Positions 50,868 to 60,572 of a DNA stretch of 64,000 nucleotides are shown here, in pieces (the stretch's first letter is position 1; each line of letters starts with the position of its first letter). Location of the stretch: contig CALFVX010000015.1 of assembly GCA_937928765.1 (NCBI GenBank), positions 34,410 through 98,409 on the forward strand. The letters run 5' to 3'. Source of the stretch: an uncultured Endomicrobiia bacterium (lineage in GTDB: Bacteria; Elusimicrobiota; Endomicrobiia; DTEH01). The notes under the pieces are model-generated. The model worked only from the letters and a program-made list of their open reading frames with translations, did not search any database and was not told where the DNA came from. Both the position numbers and the translations under genes were made by a program.

Positions 50868-52229
50868 TTATAAACTATTTACTATATCTTTGAAAACCTT
50901 ACCTCTATGCTCAAAATTTTTAAATTGGTCAAAAGATGCACACGCTGGCGAAAGAAGTATAATATCTCCTTTTTTTGCAACATCTCTTGCTTTCAACACA
51001 GCATTCTCTAATGTCTCACATTTGTATATTATAACATCCAAATATTTAAGCTGTGAATAAATAATTTCTGTAGCTTCTCCTATCAAAAGAACAGTTTTCA
51101 CTTTTTCTTTTATCAAACTAAATAACGATGTATATGGTGCTCCTTTATCTCTTCCGCCTAAAATCAAATGTATTGGTGAATTAAAACTTTTTAATGCTAC
51201 ATAAGTAGAATTTACATTCGTAGATTTCGAATCATTAATAAAAACTACACCATCTATTTCTCTTACAAATTCTAACCTATGTTGTACACCTTTAAACTCA
51301 GATATTGTTCTTTCTATATTTTTTTTCGGCACATTTAATAATACACCACAACAAATAGATGCTAAAATATTTTCTATATTATGTTCTCCAGGAATTTTAG
51401 GATCTACAACAAATTCTTCAAAGAAATCTTTAAATTTAAAAATTATTTTATTAGTATCTTTTTGCCACCAACATCCTTCATTAAGATCTTTTGTGCTAAA
51501 AAATACTATCTGCGGATTTATTTTTTTAAAATCAATTTTATTAATATTTTCATCATCATATTTTAATATTAAAAAATCATCTCTGGTTTGATTTATAAAA
51601 ATCTTTGTCTTTGCTAAAATATAATTTTCCATAGAGATATGATGTTCAAGATGATCCTCTGTAATGTTTAATATACAACTTATATGTGGTTTAAATTCAA
51701 CGATATCTTCAAGTTGATAACTTGAAACCTCTAAAACTACAATTGTATCTTCATTGATTTTATCAACAAAATTTATTAACGGAACTCCTATATTACCAGC
51801 TACTACAACATTAGAATAATAAGATGATAAAATTTCACCTACAAGAGTAGTTGTTGTTGTTTTACCGTTTGTACCTGTGATAGCTACAATTTTGGGAATT
51901 TTATTTATTTTTGATTTTATAATTTGGAAAGCAATTTCTAATTCTGTAAATACAGGTATTTTTTTAGATAAAACCTTTTTTACTAAAATATGATGCCTAG
52001 GTATACCAGCAGAACGAACCACAATATCACTATTAAGTATTTTCTCACTATGACTACCACATTCATATTCTACAAATCTATCAAGTTTATCTAATCTATC
52101 TTTAAGTTTATCTTCATCTAATTCTTCAGTTATAAAAACTTTGTTATTTTTTATTAAATAATTTGCTAAATATAAATTACTTATACCTAAACCTATTAAT
52201 CCTATTTTTTTGTTTATAAATCTCTCCAT
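50868..52229 (-). CDS. murD: UDP-N-acetylmuramoylalanine--D-glutamate ligase
   Basis: 453 aa Mur ligase; ITGTNGKTTTT P-loop; position between mraY and ftsW. Confidence 0.9.
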   Translation of the reverse strand: MERFINKKIGLIGLGISNLYLANYLIKNNKVFITEELDEDKLKDRLDKLDRFVEYECGSHSEKILNSDIVVRSAGIPRHHILVKKVLSKKIPVFTELEIAFQIIKSKINKIPKIVAITGTNGKTTTTTLVGEILSSYYSNVVVAGNIGVPLINFVDKINEDTIVVLEVSSYQLEDIVEFKPHISCILNITEDHLEHHISMENYILAKTKIFINQTRDDFLILKYDDENINKIDFKKINPQIVFFSTKDLNEGCWWQKDTNKIIFKFKDFFEEFVVDPKIPGEHNIENILASICCGVLLNVPKKNIERTISEFKGVQHRLEFVREIDGVVFINDSKSTNVNSTYVALKSFNSPIHLILGGRDKGAPYTSLFSLIKEKVKTVLLIGEATEIIYSQLKYLDVIIYKCETLENAVLKARDVAKKGDIILLSPACASFDQFKNFEHRGKVFKDIVNSL

Positions 52230-52236
52230 ATAAATT

Positions 52237-53316
52237 TTATCTAATCTTCAAAGAAGCTAAAGCTATTATACTCAACAATATGCTTATTATCCAAAACCTT
52301 ACAGTAATTTTAGACTCATGATAGCCTTTTAACTCATAATGATGATGCAGTGGTGCCATAAGAAAAATTCTTTTTTTTGTCCTTTTATAATATACTACCT
52401 GCAAAATTACAGATAACGCTTCTATTACAAAAACTCCTCCTGTAATAATCAAAAGAAGCTCTTGTTTTATAAAAATTGCTATAATACCGACTAACCCTCC
52501 CAAAAATAAAGAACCTGTATCACCCATAAAAATCGTTGCAGGATAACAATTGTACCATAAAAATCCTAAACTAACACCTATTAAACAAGATAAAACTACA
52601 GTGAGTTCTCCTGCACCTGAAACATAAGGCAATTTCAAATAAGACGAAATTTTGTAATTACCTGACACATAACTTAATATTGCATAAGTGATACTTACAA
52701 AAATTATATTGCCAACAGCTAAACCATCTAAACCATCAGTAAGATTTATACCATTTGAGGCACCAGTAAATGTCAATATCACAACTATAAAATAAAACAA
52801 ACTTAAATTTATAAATGTATCTTTAAGATAAGGAATATGTAAAAAAGTTGAATATCTTGCATTACTCGGATTAACATATAGATAATAACTTAATGCTAAA
52901 GCAAAAATTAATTGAAACAATAATTTATATTTTGCTGGGACACCTTTTGGATGTTTTTTTATTATTTTTAAGTAATCGTCTAAAAGACCTAAAATACCTA
53001 AATATAAAATTGTAAACAAACACCAAACAACAAACCTGTTTAATCTTGCTGTTAAAATTATTGATACAAAGGCAACCAAAACAATTACAACACCTCCCAT
53101 GGTAGGCGTATTTTTTTTAATTAGGTGTGTTTTAGGACCATCTTCTCTTATCATTTGTACAAACTGTTTTTTCTTGATAAAATTTACAAAATATGGCATT
53201 ATTAAAATACATATCAAAAAACTTAAAATAAATCCTACAAAAGATCTAAATGTTATATACCTAAAAATATTAAAACCAAAAAATAAATTTGTTAGATTTG
53301 ATAGATAAAAAATCAT
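52237..53316 (-). CDS. mraY: phospho-N-acetylmuramoyl-pentapeptide-transferase
   Basis: 359 aa polytopic membrane protein with MraY motifs (K..TPTMGG, NLTDGLDGLA, DTGSLFLGG). Confidence 0.92.
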   Translation of the reverse strand: MIFYLSNLTNLFFGFNIFRYITFRSFVGFILSFLICILIMPYFVNFIKKKQFVQMIREDGPKTHLIKKNTPTMGGVVIVLVAFVSIILTARLNRFVVWCLFTILYLGILGLLDDYLKIIKKHPKGVPAKYKLLFQLIFALALSYYLYVNPSNARYSTFLHIPYLKDTFINLSLFYFIVVILTFTGASNGINLTDGLDGLAVGNIIFVSITYAILSYVSGNYKISSYLKLPYVSGAGELTVVLSCLIGVSLGFLWYNCYPATIFMGDTGSLFLGGLVGIIAIFIKQELLLIITGGVFVIEALSVILQVVYYKRTKKRIFLMAPLHHHYELKGYHESKITVRFWIISILLSIIALASLKIR

Positions 53317-54779
53317 ATTTTTAACCCTCGAGATAAATCATTTTTACCTAATAAACAAAAATTTTTAATTCTTTGCACAATTTCATACAACCCAACACAA
53401 TGTGATGATTTGAATAACAAAACATAATTATTGTTCTTTTTAATTATCACTTCTATATCTTTAAAAAGTTTTTCTTTATCTTCTTTATAAAATTTTACTT
53501 TATTTATATTAATTTTCTTAATCTCATCATATAAAACTTCTATCTCTTTGCCTAACAAAAAAATTTTTTCTACTTCATTAAGATTTATAATTTCTAACAA
53601 ATTTCTGTGCTCCTGTTTTGAATGTCTTCCTAATTCTAGCATATCTCCTAAAACTAAAATTTTTTTTCTGTTCTTAAAAATTTTAAAAAATGTAATAATT
53701 GCATTTTTCATAGAATCCGGATTAGCATTATAACTTTCATCAATTATAATATTATCATTAACAACAAATTTTTCACCGCGCATACTTAAAGCAGAAAACT
53801 CTTCAATAGATTTAACTATTAAATCCAGCTCTTCAATACCGTTAAAAAATGATGTTGTAATACTTGCAAGAATATTGTATATATTATGTATACCTAGTAA
53901 ATTTGTTTTTAAAGAAATTTTCAACTTTGCAGCTAACCTGTCTTTTAAAACTAACATAATTCTGCCATATTCTTCAGTAAAAATAACATCTTCAGCATAA
54001 ACATCAACACTTGAATCTGCTAGACTGTAAAGTTTTTTGTTAATTTTTCCATTTATCTGTTTAAGATAGAAATCATCACGATTTATTATCACCATACTTT
54101 TTTGTGGATTTATATAATCTAAAACTCTTGTCTCTTCATAAAAAACTTTTTCTAAAGAATCAAAAAACTCTAAATGTTCTTTAGCTATATTTGTAAATAC
54201 AACAACATCAGGGTTAACAGTAGAGGCAAGAATATCCATCTCACCAGGTAAAGAAATACCCATCTCTACCACACAAAATTCTATCTTTCTATTTAAAGAT
54301 AATAAAGTATAAGCTACACCTAAAAGATTATTAAAATTTCCAACAGTAGCTAATGTTTTATATTTTTTAGACAAAATATGTCTTATTAATTCTTTTGTAG
54401 TTGTTTTACCATTACTACCAACTACAGAAATTACTTTTAAATTCTGAAAAAAGTTTCTATAAATATTTGCCAAACCATCCAACGCTTTCGTTGTATCTTC
54501 TACAATAATAAATTTATTTTTATATTTTGGTATAAAATAATTTTTATTAGATATTACAACAAAATCTATGTTTTTTATAATATTTTTAACAAATTCATGA
54601 CCATCAAAATTTTTACCCTTTAACGCAAAAAATATTCCGTTCTTACTATCATACTTTCTAGTGTCTGTGATGACTTTTCTTATATTATATACTTTTTTTC
54701 GTAAAGGATGCAATAACTTCGCAGATGTTTTTTCTAAAAATTTATTTATATTTATTGGTATATCTAAAACAAAATTCAT
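53313..54779 (-). CDS. murF: UDP-N-acetylmuramoyl-tripeptide--D-alanyl-D-alanine ligase
   Basis: 488 aa Mur ligase; VVGSNGKTTTKE P-loop; order murE-murF-mraY. Confidence 0.85.
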   Translation of the reverse strand: MNFVLDIPININKFLEKTSAKLLHPLRKKVYNIRKVITDTRKYDSKNGIFFALKGKNFDGHEFVKNIIKNIDFVVISNKNYFIPKYKNKFIIVEDTTKALDGLANIYRNFFQNLKVISVVGSNGKTTTKELIRHILSKKYKTLATVGNFNNLLGVAYTLLSLNRKIEFCVVEMGISLPGEMDILASTVNPDVVVFTNIAKEHLEFFDSLEKVFYEETRVLDYINPQKSMVIINRDDFYLKQINGKINKKLYSLADSSVDVYAEDVIFTEEYGRIMLVLKDRLAAKLKISLKTNLLGIHNIYNILASITTSFFNGIEELDLIVKSIEEFSALSMRGEKFVVNDNIIIDESYNANPDSMKNAIITFFKIFKNRKKILVLGDMLELGRHSKQEHRNLLEIINLNEVEKIFLLGKEIEVLYDEIKKININKVKFYKEDKEKLFKDIEVIIKKNNNYVLLFKSSHCVGLYEIVQRIKNFCLLGKNDLSRGLKI

Positions 54780-56305
54780 TTTTTTATTCTAAAAAAATCA
54801 TTAATTATTTCTCTCTCATCAAAATGTATTTTTTCATCAGCTAAAATTTGATAATCTTCATGACCTTTACCTGCTAATAAAACAATATCTCCTTGTTGTG
54901 CTATACTTAAAGCTCTAAATATTGCCTCTTTTCTATCAACTATTATTTCATAATTTGTATTTTTAGATTTTTTTATCCCAACTTCTATATCAAGAATAAT
55001 TTTTTGTGGATCCTCACTTCTTGGATTATCAGATGTTACTATAACATAGTCACTTAAAGCTGTAGCTATAAAACCCATAATAGGCCTTTTGCTTCTGTCG
55101 CGGTCTCCTCCACAACCAAAAACTACTATTAACTTTCTGTGTGGCAATCTTTTTAATGTCAAAATTACTTTTTGTAGCGCATCTGGTGTATGAGCATAAT
55201 CTATTATAACATCATATCCTTGAGGTGTAGATATTCTTTCTAACCTTCCTTTAATATTTGTAACTTTTTTTATACCATCAACTATTTTTGAATCTTCTAT
55301 TGATTGCGAATATGCAACAACATATGAGGCTAAAATATTATATACATTAAACTCACCTATTAATTTAGACTCTATAAATACTTTTTCTCCATTTTTTTTT
55401 ATTTCAAACTGTGTTTTATCGTTAAAATATGTAATATTAACTGCTTTAAACTTATTTTTAGTATTATTAACTTTCCCATACAACAATACTTCTTTATCTT
55501 TAAGCATATCTACTAACTTCTTACCATATTCATCATCATAATTTATAACACAAACTTTCCTACCTAAATTATTGCCTTTAAATATTTCTTTTTTATCTTT
55601 ATTTAAATTTTTAAACAAAATACTTTTGGCCAAAAAATATTCATCCATATTCTTATGATAATCTAAATGTTCTGAAGATAAATTCGTAAACACAGCAACA
55701 TCAAACTCACATCCTAATACTCTAGCTTGATATAACGCATGAGAAGATACCTCCATTATAACAACCTCTACAGCAGAAACATACATTTCATACAACAATC
55801 TTTGTAAATCAGAAGCAAATGGGGTTGTATTCTTAGATTCGTATATTTTATCGTTAAACCTGTAGTTTATTGTTCCTATGACTGCTGGATTATATCCTGC
55901 TTCACGAAAAATTGACTCCAAAAGATAAGTAATTGTAGTTTTACCATTTGTTCCTGTAATACCTACTAACAACATTTTTTTAGAAGGATTTTCATAAAAA
56001 TTAGAAGAAAGTTTTGCTAACGCAACTCTTGTATCTTCTACTAAAATATATAATACATCATTATTCACATATTTTACTTCTTTATCTGCAACTATGCATA
56101 CGGCACCGTTTTTTATCGCTTCATCAATATAAAGAATTCCTTCTGTATGTTGTCCTGGTAAACATACAAAAATGTCGTAAGGCTTAATTTCTTTAGAATT
56201 ATACTTTATTGAATTAACATTCTTTTCTAAAAGTTTATGGTAATCTTCTGGATAAAATTTCAAAATTTTAATGTCATCTAATAAATCTTTAATTTTTTTT
56301 TGCAT
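54776..56305 (-). CDS. murE: UDP-N-acetylmuramoyl-L-alanyl-D-glutamate--2,6-diaminopimelate ligase
   Basis: 509 aa Mur ligase; GITGTNGKTT P-loop; C-terminal DNPR motif region (TSDNPRSEDP) typical of MurE. Confidence 0.88.
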   Translation of the reverse strand: MQKKIKDLLDDIKILKFYPEDYHKLLEKNVNSIKYNSKEIKPYDIFVCLPGQHTEGILYIDEAIKNGAVCIVADKEVKYVNNDVLYILVEDTRVALAKLSSNFYENPSKKMLLVGITGTNGKTTITYLLESIFREAGYNPAVIGTINYRFNDKIYESKNTTPFASDLQRLLYEMYVSAVEVVIMEVSSHALYQARVLGCEFDVAVFTNLSSEHLDYHKNMDEYFLAKSILFKNLNKDKKEIFKGNNLGRKVCVINYDDEYGKKLVDMLKDKEVLLYGKVNNTKNKFKAVNITYFNDKTQFEIKKNGEKVFIESKLIGEFNVYNILASYVVAYSQSIEDSKIVDGIKKVTNIKGRLERISTPQGYDVIIDYAHTPDALQKVILTLKRLPHRKLIVVFGCGGDRDRSKRPIMGFIATALSDYVIVTSDNPRSEDPQKIILDIEVGIKKSKNTNYEIIVDRKEAIFRALSIAQQGDIVLLAGKGHEDYQILADEKIHFDEREIINDFFRIKK

Positions 56306-57989
56306 ATTTTACTCCGGTATAATCTCCCAAAATTTCTAACACAACTTCTTTAAAAATTGGCACAGCAACTTCTGATGCTAAGGAACCTTTAGCAGGTTCG
56401 TCAACAAATATACCTACAACATATTTTGGACTTTCCATAGGAAAAAACCCGCAACAACTCATCATATATTTTGTTTTAGAATATATATTAATTTCAGAAT
56501 CAAACTTTTGTGCAGTACCAGTTTTTGCGCAAATTTTTGTATCTTTTAGATATGTAGCTTTAGCAGAACCATATTCTACTGTTTTGTACAACATTTCTTT
56601 TATTGTATCAGTTGTACTTTTAGACAAAATCTTCCTTATGACTTTTTTTTCCCCTTTGTAAATAACTTTTTCATCACCATCAATTATATATTTAACAATA
56701 TAGGGTTGTAATAACTCACCACCATTCGCTATCATACTATAGCCATTAACTAGTTGTAGTGGAGTTACAGAAATACCTTGACCAAAACTTACCATCAATG
56801 GTGTAACAACTGAATAACCTTTATCTTTTACTTTTGGAACATAACCACGCAATTCATATGGTAATTCTATTGCTGTCAATGCACCGAATCCAAATAAATT
56901 CAAATAATTAAAAAATCTATCTGGATTTGAATATTTTAAGTAGAGCTTTGCCATACCTATGTTAGATGAATATACTATAATTCCTTCTACATCAAGAGAT
57001 TTATGTGGTTTAACATCACGAATCTTAACTTTGTTATATTCAAAAATTCCATTCTCACAATCTACTACTGTATTTTTTTTAACAAGATTTTCTTCTAAAA
57101 ATACTGCTAAAGAAAAAACTTTGAATGTTGAACCAGGTTCATATAATACACTTGCAATTGGACTTTCAAAAGGTGTTTCTGTATATGGTAAAACATTTGC
57201 AGATAATATCTCTCCATTTACAGGATTTTGAACTAAACAAATGATTCTTTTAGGATTAAAAATATCAAAGTATTTTTTTAAAATTTTGTCTATTTTTTTC
57301 TGTAGTTCAACATCTATAGTTAAAACCAAAGAACAATTTTTTTCTTTCTCTGTTAATTTAATTGCATCATTTATATCTGTTAATCTAATTGAATATTTTT
57401 TACTTCCAGCTCCTTTATAAACAGTTATCTCTTTATTTTTTAACATAGAAAGAAAATTATCAAATTCTTTCTCAACACCAGAGTATGCCTTGCCTTCCTT
57501 ATCAATTTTCCCTGTGATATGATTTATTATTTTATCATATATATATATTCTTTTAGAAAAATTCTTAACTTCAATCCCAGGAATATTTTTTATTTTATTT
57601 ACTTCTTCTAAAGAAATTTCATCTAATAAACAGAAATATTTTTCTTTTTGGCATCTTTTTTTTATTTCTTCTTCAGATATATTACATAATGATGTTAAGA
57701 TACTAATATCTGCAGATGATTTATTTTGGCTATTAATGTAATTCAAAAATTCTTTAGAATAAACAAATACTGAAGAATACTCAATTGATGTTGCTAAAAG
57801 TTTATAATTTCTATCTAATATATCACCACGAGGAATATTAATTTCTAACTTATAAGATATCTGTTTATCAATATAAGAAATTAAATCTTTTTGTTTCCAA
57901 ATTTGAATATAAAAAATCCTAGCAATTAAAATTAATGGTAAAAAAAATATTATTGTTATTTTTATAATGTCAAATTCTTTTTTATTCAT
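56289..57989 (-). CDS. ftsI: peptidoglycan D,D-transpeptidase FtsI (class B PBP)
   Basis: 566 aa. N-terminal TM, PBP dimerisation domain, transpeptidase motifs STFK, SSN (YSSNIG), KTGTA. Confidence 0.88.
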   Translation of the reverse strand: MNKKEFDIIKITIIFFLPLILIARIFYIQIWKQKDLISYIDKQISYKLEINIPRGDILDRNYKLLATSIEYSSVFVYSKEFLNYINSQNKSSADISILTSLCNISEEEIKKRCQKEKYFCLLDEISLEEVNKIKNIPGIEVKNFSKRIYIYDKIINHITGKIDKEGKAYSGVEKEFDNFLSMLKNKEITVYKGAGSKKYSIRLTDINDAIKLTEKEKNCSLVLTIDVELQKKIDKILKKYFDIFNPKRIICLVQNPVNGEILSANVLPYTETPFESPIASVLYEPGSTFKVFSLAVFLEENLVKKNTVVDCENGIFEYNKVKIRDVKPHKSLDVEGIIVYSSNIGMAKLYLKYSNPDRFFNYLNLFGFGALTAIELPYELRGYVPKVKDKGYSVVTPLMVSFGQGISVTPLQLVNGYSMIANGGELLQPYIVKYIIDGDEKVIYKGEKKVIRKILSKSTTDTIKEMLYKTVEYGSAKATYLKDTKICAKTGTAQKFDSEINIYSKTKYMMSCCGFFPMESPKYVVGIFVDEPAKGSLASEVAVPIFKEVVLEILGDYTGVKYAKKN

Positions 57990-58267
57990 TAGTTATCAAT
58001 TCTTATAATATCATTCTCATTAATTGGAACAAAATTCAGTTCCTCAGCTAATTTTTTTAATCTATCTGTATCTTTTAATCTTTGTTTTTTTAAAGAAAGT
58101 TCCTTATTTTTATTTTCTAAAATCTTAATTTCATCATATAACGACTTAAGCTGGTTTTGATATTTAATAACAACAATCTGCTGTCTTAAATAAAAGATAA
58201 ATAATAAAATTAACAAAAAAGAATAAACAATAATTTTGGCTGAGTAGTATTCTTTTTTCTTTTTCAT
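57989..58267 (-). CDS. ftsL: cell division protein FtsL-like
   Basis: 92 aa; single TM followed by coiled coil; fixed position between rsmH and ftsI. Confidence 0.6.
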   Translation of the reverse strand: MKKKKEYYSAKIIVYSFLLILLFIFYLRQQIVVIKYQNQLKSLYDEIKILENKNKELSLKKQRLKDTDRLKKLAEELNFVPINENDIIRIDN

Positions 58268-59169
58268 ATCTTTTCAACAACCCGAAGCTTTGCACTTCGC
58301 GATGATTTGTTAAATCTAATTTCTTCATCTGAAGCAACTACTGGTTTTTTTGTAATAATTTTAAAATCATTACGATTTTTAAATATGTTCTTTACAATCC
58401 TATCTTCTAAAGAATGATAACATACAGTTATAATTCTACCTGATAAAGATAACACATCCATGGCGTTTTTAACACCAACTTCTATGTTTTTAAGTTCATT
58501 ATTAACAAATATCCTTATTGCTTGAAAAATTTTTGTTGCTGGATGAAATTTTAGTTCTATCTTTTGTTTACTATTTTTTAAAAATAAATTTTTCTTCCTA
58601 CTATAAAGTATATTTCCTACAATTTCAGATAGCTGTTTGGCAGATTTTATCTCTTTGCTTTTTCTGTACTCAATAATTTTTTTCGCTATTAACCTACTAA
58701 ATTTTTCTTCACCATAAGAATAAAAAATATCTACTAGCTGTTGTTGAGGGAATTTATTAACTATATCATAAGCAGTAATGCTTGTAAAACTATCACTCAT
58801 TCTCATATCAAGTGTCTCATCATTAAAACTAAACCCACGACAAGATTTTATCTGTAAAGTTGATAACCCAAAATCAAATATTACAGCATCTACTTGGTTT
58901 ATTTTTAAATCTTTCAGTATTTTTTTTAAATTAACAAAATTATCTTTTACAACTACTAAATTCCCACTATTTAAAAAATTTTTAAGTTTTTCTTTAGAAT
59001 ACTCTATTGCTTGCTGGTCCCAATCAATACCTATAACTTTACATCCTTTAGAGATATTTAATATCTTTTCTGTATATCCTGCACAACCTAATGTAGCATC
59101 TACATAAATTTTATTTTCTTTTGGTTGCAAAAATTCTATAACTTTATCAACTAAAACTGGTATATGCAT
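58264..59169 (-). CDS. rsmH: 16S rRNA (cytosine1402-N4)-methyltransferase
   Basis: 301 aa; MHIPVL start, SAM motif DATLGCAGYT, DFGLSTLQ..., MraW family; follows mraZ. Confidence 0.9.
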   Translation of the reverse strand: MHIPVLVDKVIEFLQPKENKIYVDATLGCAGYTEKILNISKGCKVIGIDWDQQAIEYSKEKLKNFLNSGNLVVVKDNFVNLKKILKDLKINQVDAVIFDFGLSTLQIKSCRGFSFNDETLDMRMSDSFTSITAYDIVNKFPQQQLVDIFYSYGEEKFSRLIAKKIIEYRKSKEIKSAKQLSEIVGNILYSRKKNLFLKNSKQKIELKFHPATKIFQAIRIFVNNELKNIEVGVKNAMDVLSLSGRIITVCYHSLEDRIVKNIFKNRNDFKIITKKPVVASDEEIRFNKSSRSAKLRVVEKI

Positions 59170-59175
59170 TTAAAA

Positions 59176-59619
59176 TTATATATCAATTTGTGACTTAATC
59201 CTTTTTATAATTCTTGAAGTATTTTTATAATATTTTTTCCATTCCTTTTTTGACCATAATTCAAGTTTGTCTTTGTTGCCTACCAAAACTACTTCATTAT
59301 CTAAATGATATTTTTCTTTAAATTTCTTAGGAATTAATATTCTTCCTTGAATATCAATTTCTACAATTTCTGCTTCAGCAAAAAAATTTCTTAGAAAAGC
59401 ACGTTGATATGTCTTATTTTTTATTGAAATTGTTTCTATCTTTTTTACTGTTCTTTGCCACTGATTGTAAGAATATATCATTATACAATTATCAACTCCA
59501 CAAGTTAAAACATATCTTTTATCACTACCACGATATTTATTGGGTAGAAACAACCTATTTTTTTCGTCAATTGTATGGTAAGAAAAACCAGTGAAGATAA
59601 AACCTAAAGTTTTGCTCAT
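59176..59619 (-). CDS. mraZ: transcriptional regulator MraZ
   Basis: 147 aa; two tandem MraZ/SpoVT-AbrB-like halves each with a D-x-x-x-R motif (DEKNRLFLP, DIQGRILIP); first gene of the division/cell-wall cluster. Confidence 0.85.
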   Translation of the reverse strand: MSKTLGFIFTGFSYHTIDEKNRLFLPNKYRGSDKRYVLTCGVDNCIMIYSYNQWQRTVKKIETISIKNKTYQRAFLRNFFAEAEIVEIDIQGRILIPKKFKEKYHLDNEVVLVGNKDKLELWSKKEWKKYYKNTSRIIKRIKSQIDI

Positions 59620-59646
59620 AAAAATCTGTTATTTTTAGCTTTTACT

Positions 59647-59676
59647 ACTTTATACCACTTTATACCACTTTATTTT
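59647..59676 (-). promoter_or_regulatory. putative MraZ operator: three 10-bp-phased direct repeats upstream of mraZ
   Basis: In mraZ sense the region reads AAAGTGGTAT AAAGTGGTAT AAAGTAGTAA (+strand ACTTTATACC x2 + ACTTTATTTT), ending about 28 nt upstream of the mraZ ATG. MraZ proteins bind direct repeats with 10-bp periodicity (TGGGN in E. coli, AAAGTG[T/G]-type in Mollicutes). Confidence 0.5.
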
Positions 59677-59696
59677 TGGTTTGTCAATAGGTGGGT

Positions 59697-60572
59697 TTAA
59701 CTAAATAAGTTTAAAATTTTTTTGACAAAATTTACATTTTCTTTATCTTTAGGTGAGATTTTGTCGAATCCTACTTCTTTAGGTGTTTCAAGAATTAATG
59801 GATATTTCTTAAAATATTTCAATATCAATTTAAATCCATCTTTGCCTATATTTCCTTTACCTATGTGATAATGTCTATCAATTCTACTGCCTAGTTCGTG
59901 CTTAGAGTCATTTAAATGAATTAATTTTAATTTTTCTATACCTATATATTTCTCAATTTCATCTATGATATTAACTATTATCTTTTCTTTTCTTAAATCA
60001 TACCCATATGAGAACGCATGTGCTGTGTCAATGCATAAACCTATATGTTCTTTATATTTGCTTAAATTTATAATCTTAGATAATTCTTCAAATGTTCTTC
60101 CTATTTTTCTACCATTGCCACATACATTTTCTAATAATAACATAAAACTTATATCACCAAATTTATCCTCAATATATTTAAAGCAATAATCTATACTTTT
60201 TACTATATTTCTTATACCTTCTTCTAAACTGCTACTTTCAGAATAACTTCCAGGATGCATAACAAGATATTCTGCAGAAAAAAGTTTCGTAAGTTCAAAT
60301 TCTAACAATAACAAATCTCTTGTTTTATAATAAATTTCCTTATTTGAACTCGCAGGATTTGGAAGATATGCCACATGTATAACTAAAGGTGAAAAATTAA
60401 ATTTCTTTCTTAGAAATTTAAACTCTTCAATCTCTTGTTTCTTAGGTAAACTAAATTTCCATATTCTTGGTGAATGTGTAAACATCTGTAAACAATTACA
60501 TCCAAGTTTTTTAGTTTCGTATAATACACCTTTATATCCTTTCCTTATCGAACAATGCACACCTATTTTCAT
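59697..60572 (-). CDS. nfo: deoxyribonuclease IV (endonuclease IV, AP endonuclease family 2)
   Basis: 291 aa TIM-barrel xylose-isomerase-like. MKIGVH start, metal-ligand His/Asp/Glu pattern (HAxY, H.NDS, ETP); about 285 aa as Nfo. Confidence 0.8.
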   Translation of the reverse strand: MKIGVHCSIRKGYKGVLYETKKLGCNCLQMFTHSPRIWKFSLPKKQEIEEFKFLRKKFNFSPLVIHVAYLPNPASSNKEIYYKTRDLLLLEFELTKLFSAEYLVMHPGSYSESSSLEEGIRNIVKSIDYCFKYIEDKFGDISFMLLLENVCGNGRKIGRTFEELSKIINLSKYKEHIGLCIDTAHAFSYGYDLRKEKIIVNIIDEIEKYIGIEKLKLIHLNDSKHELGSRIDRHYHIGKGNIGKDGFKLILKYFKKYPLILETPKEVGFDKISPKDKENVNFVKKILNLFS

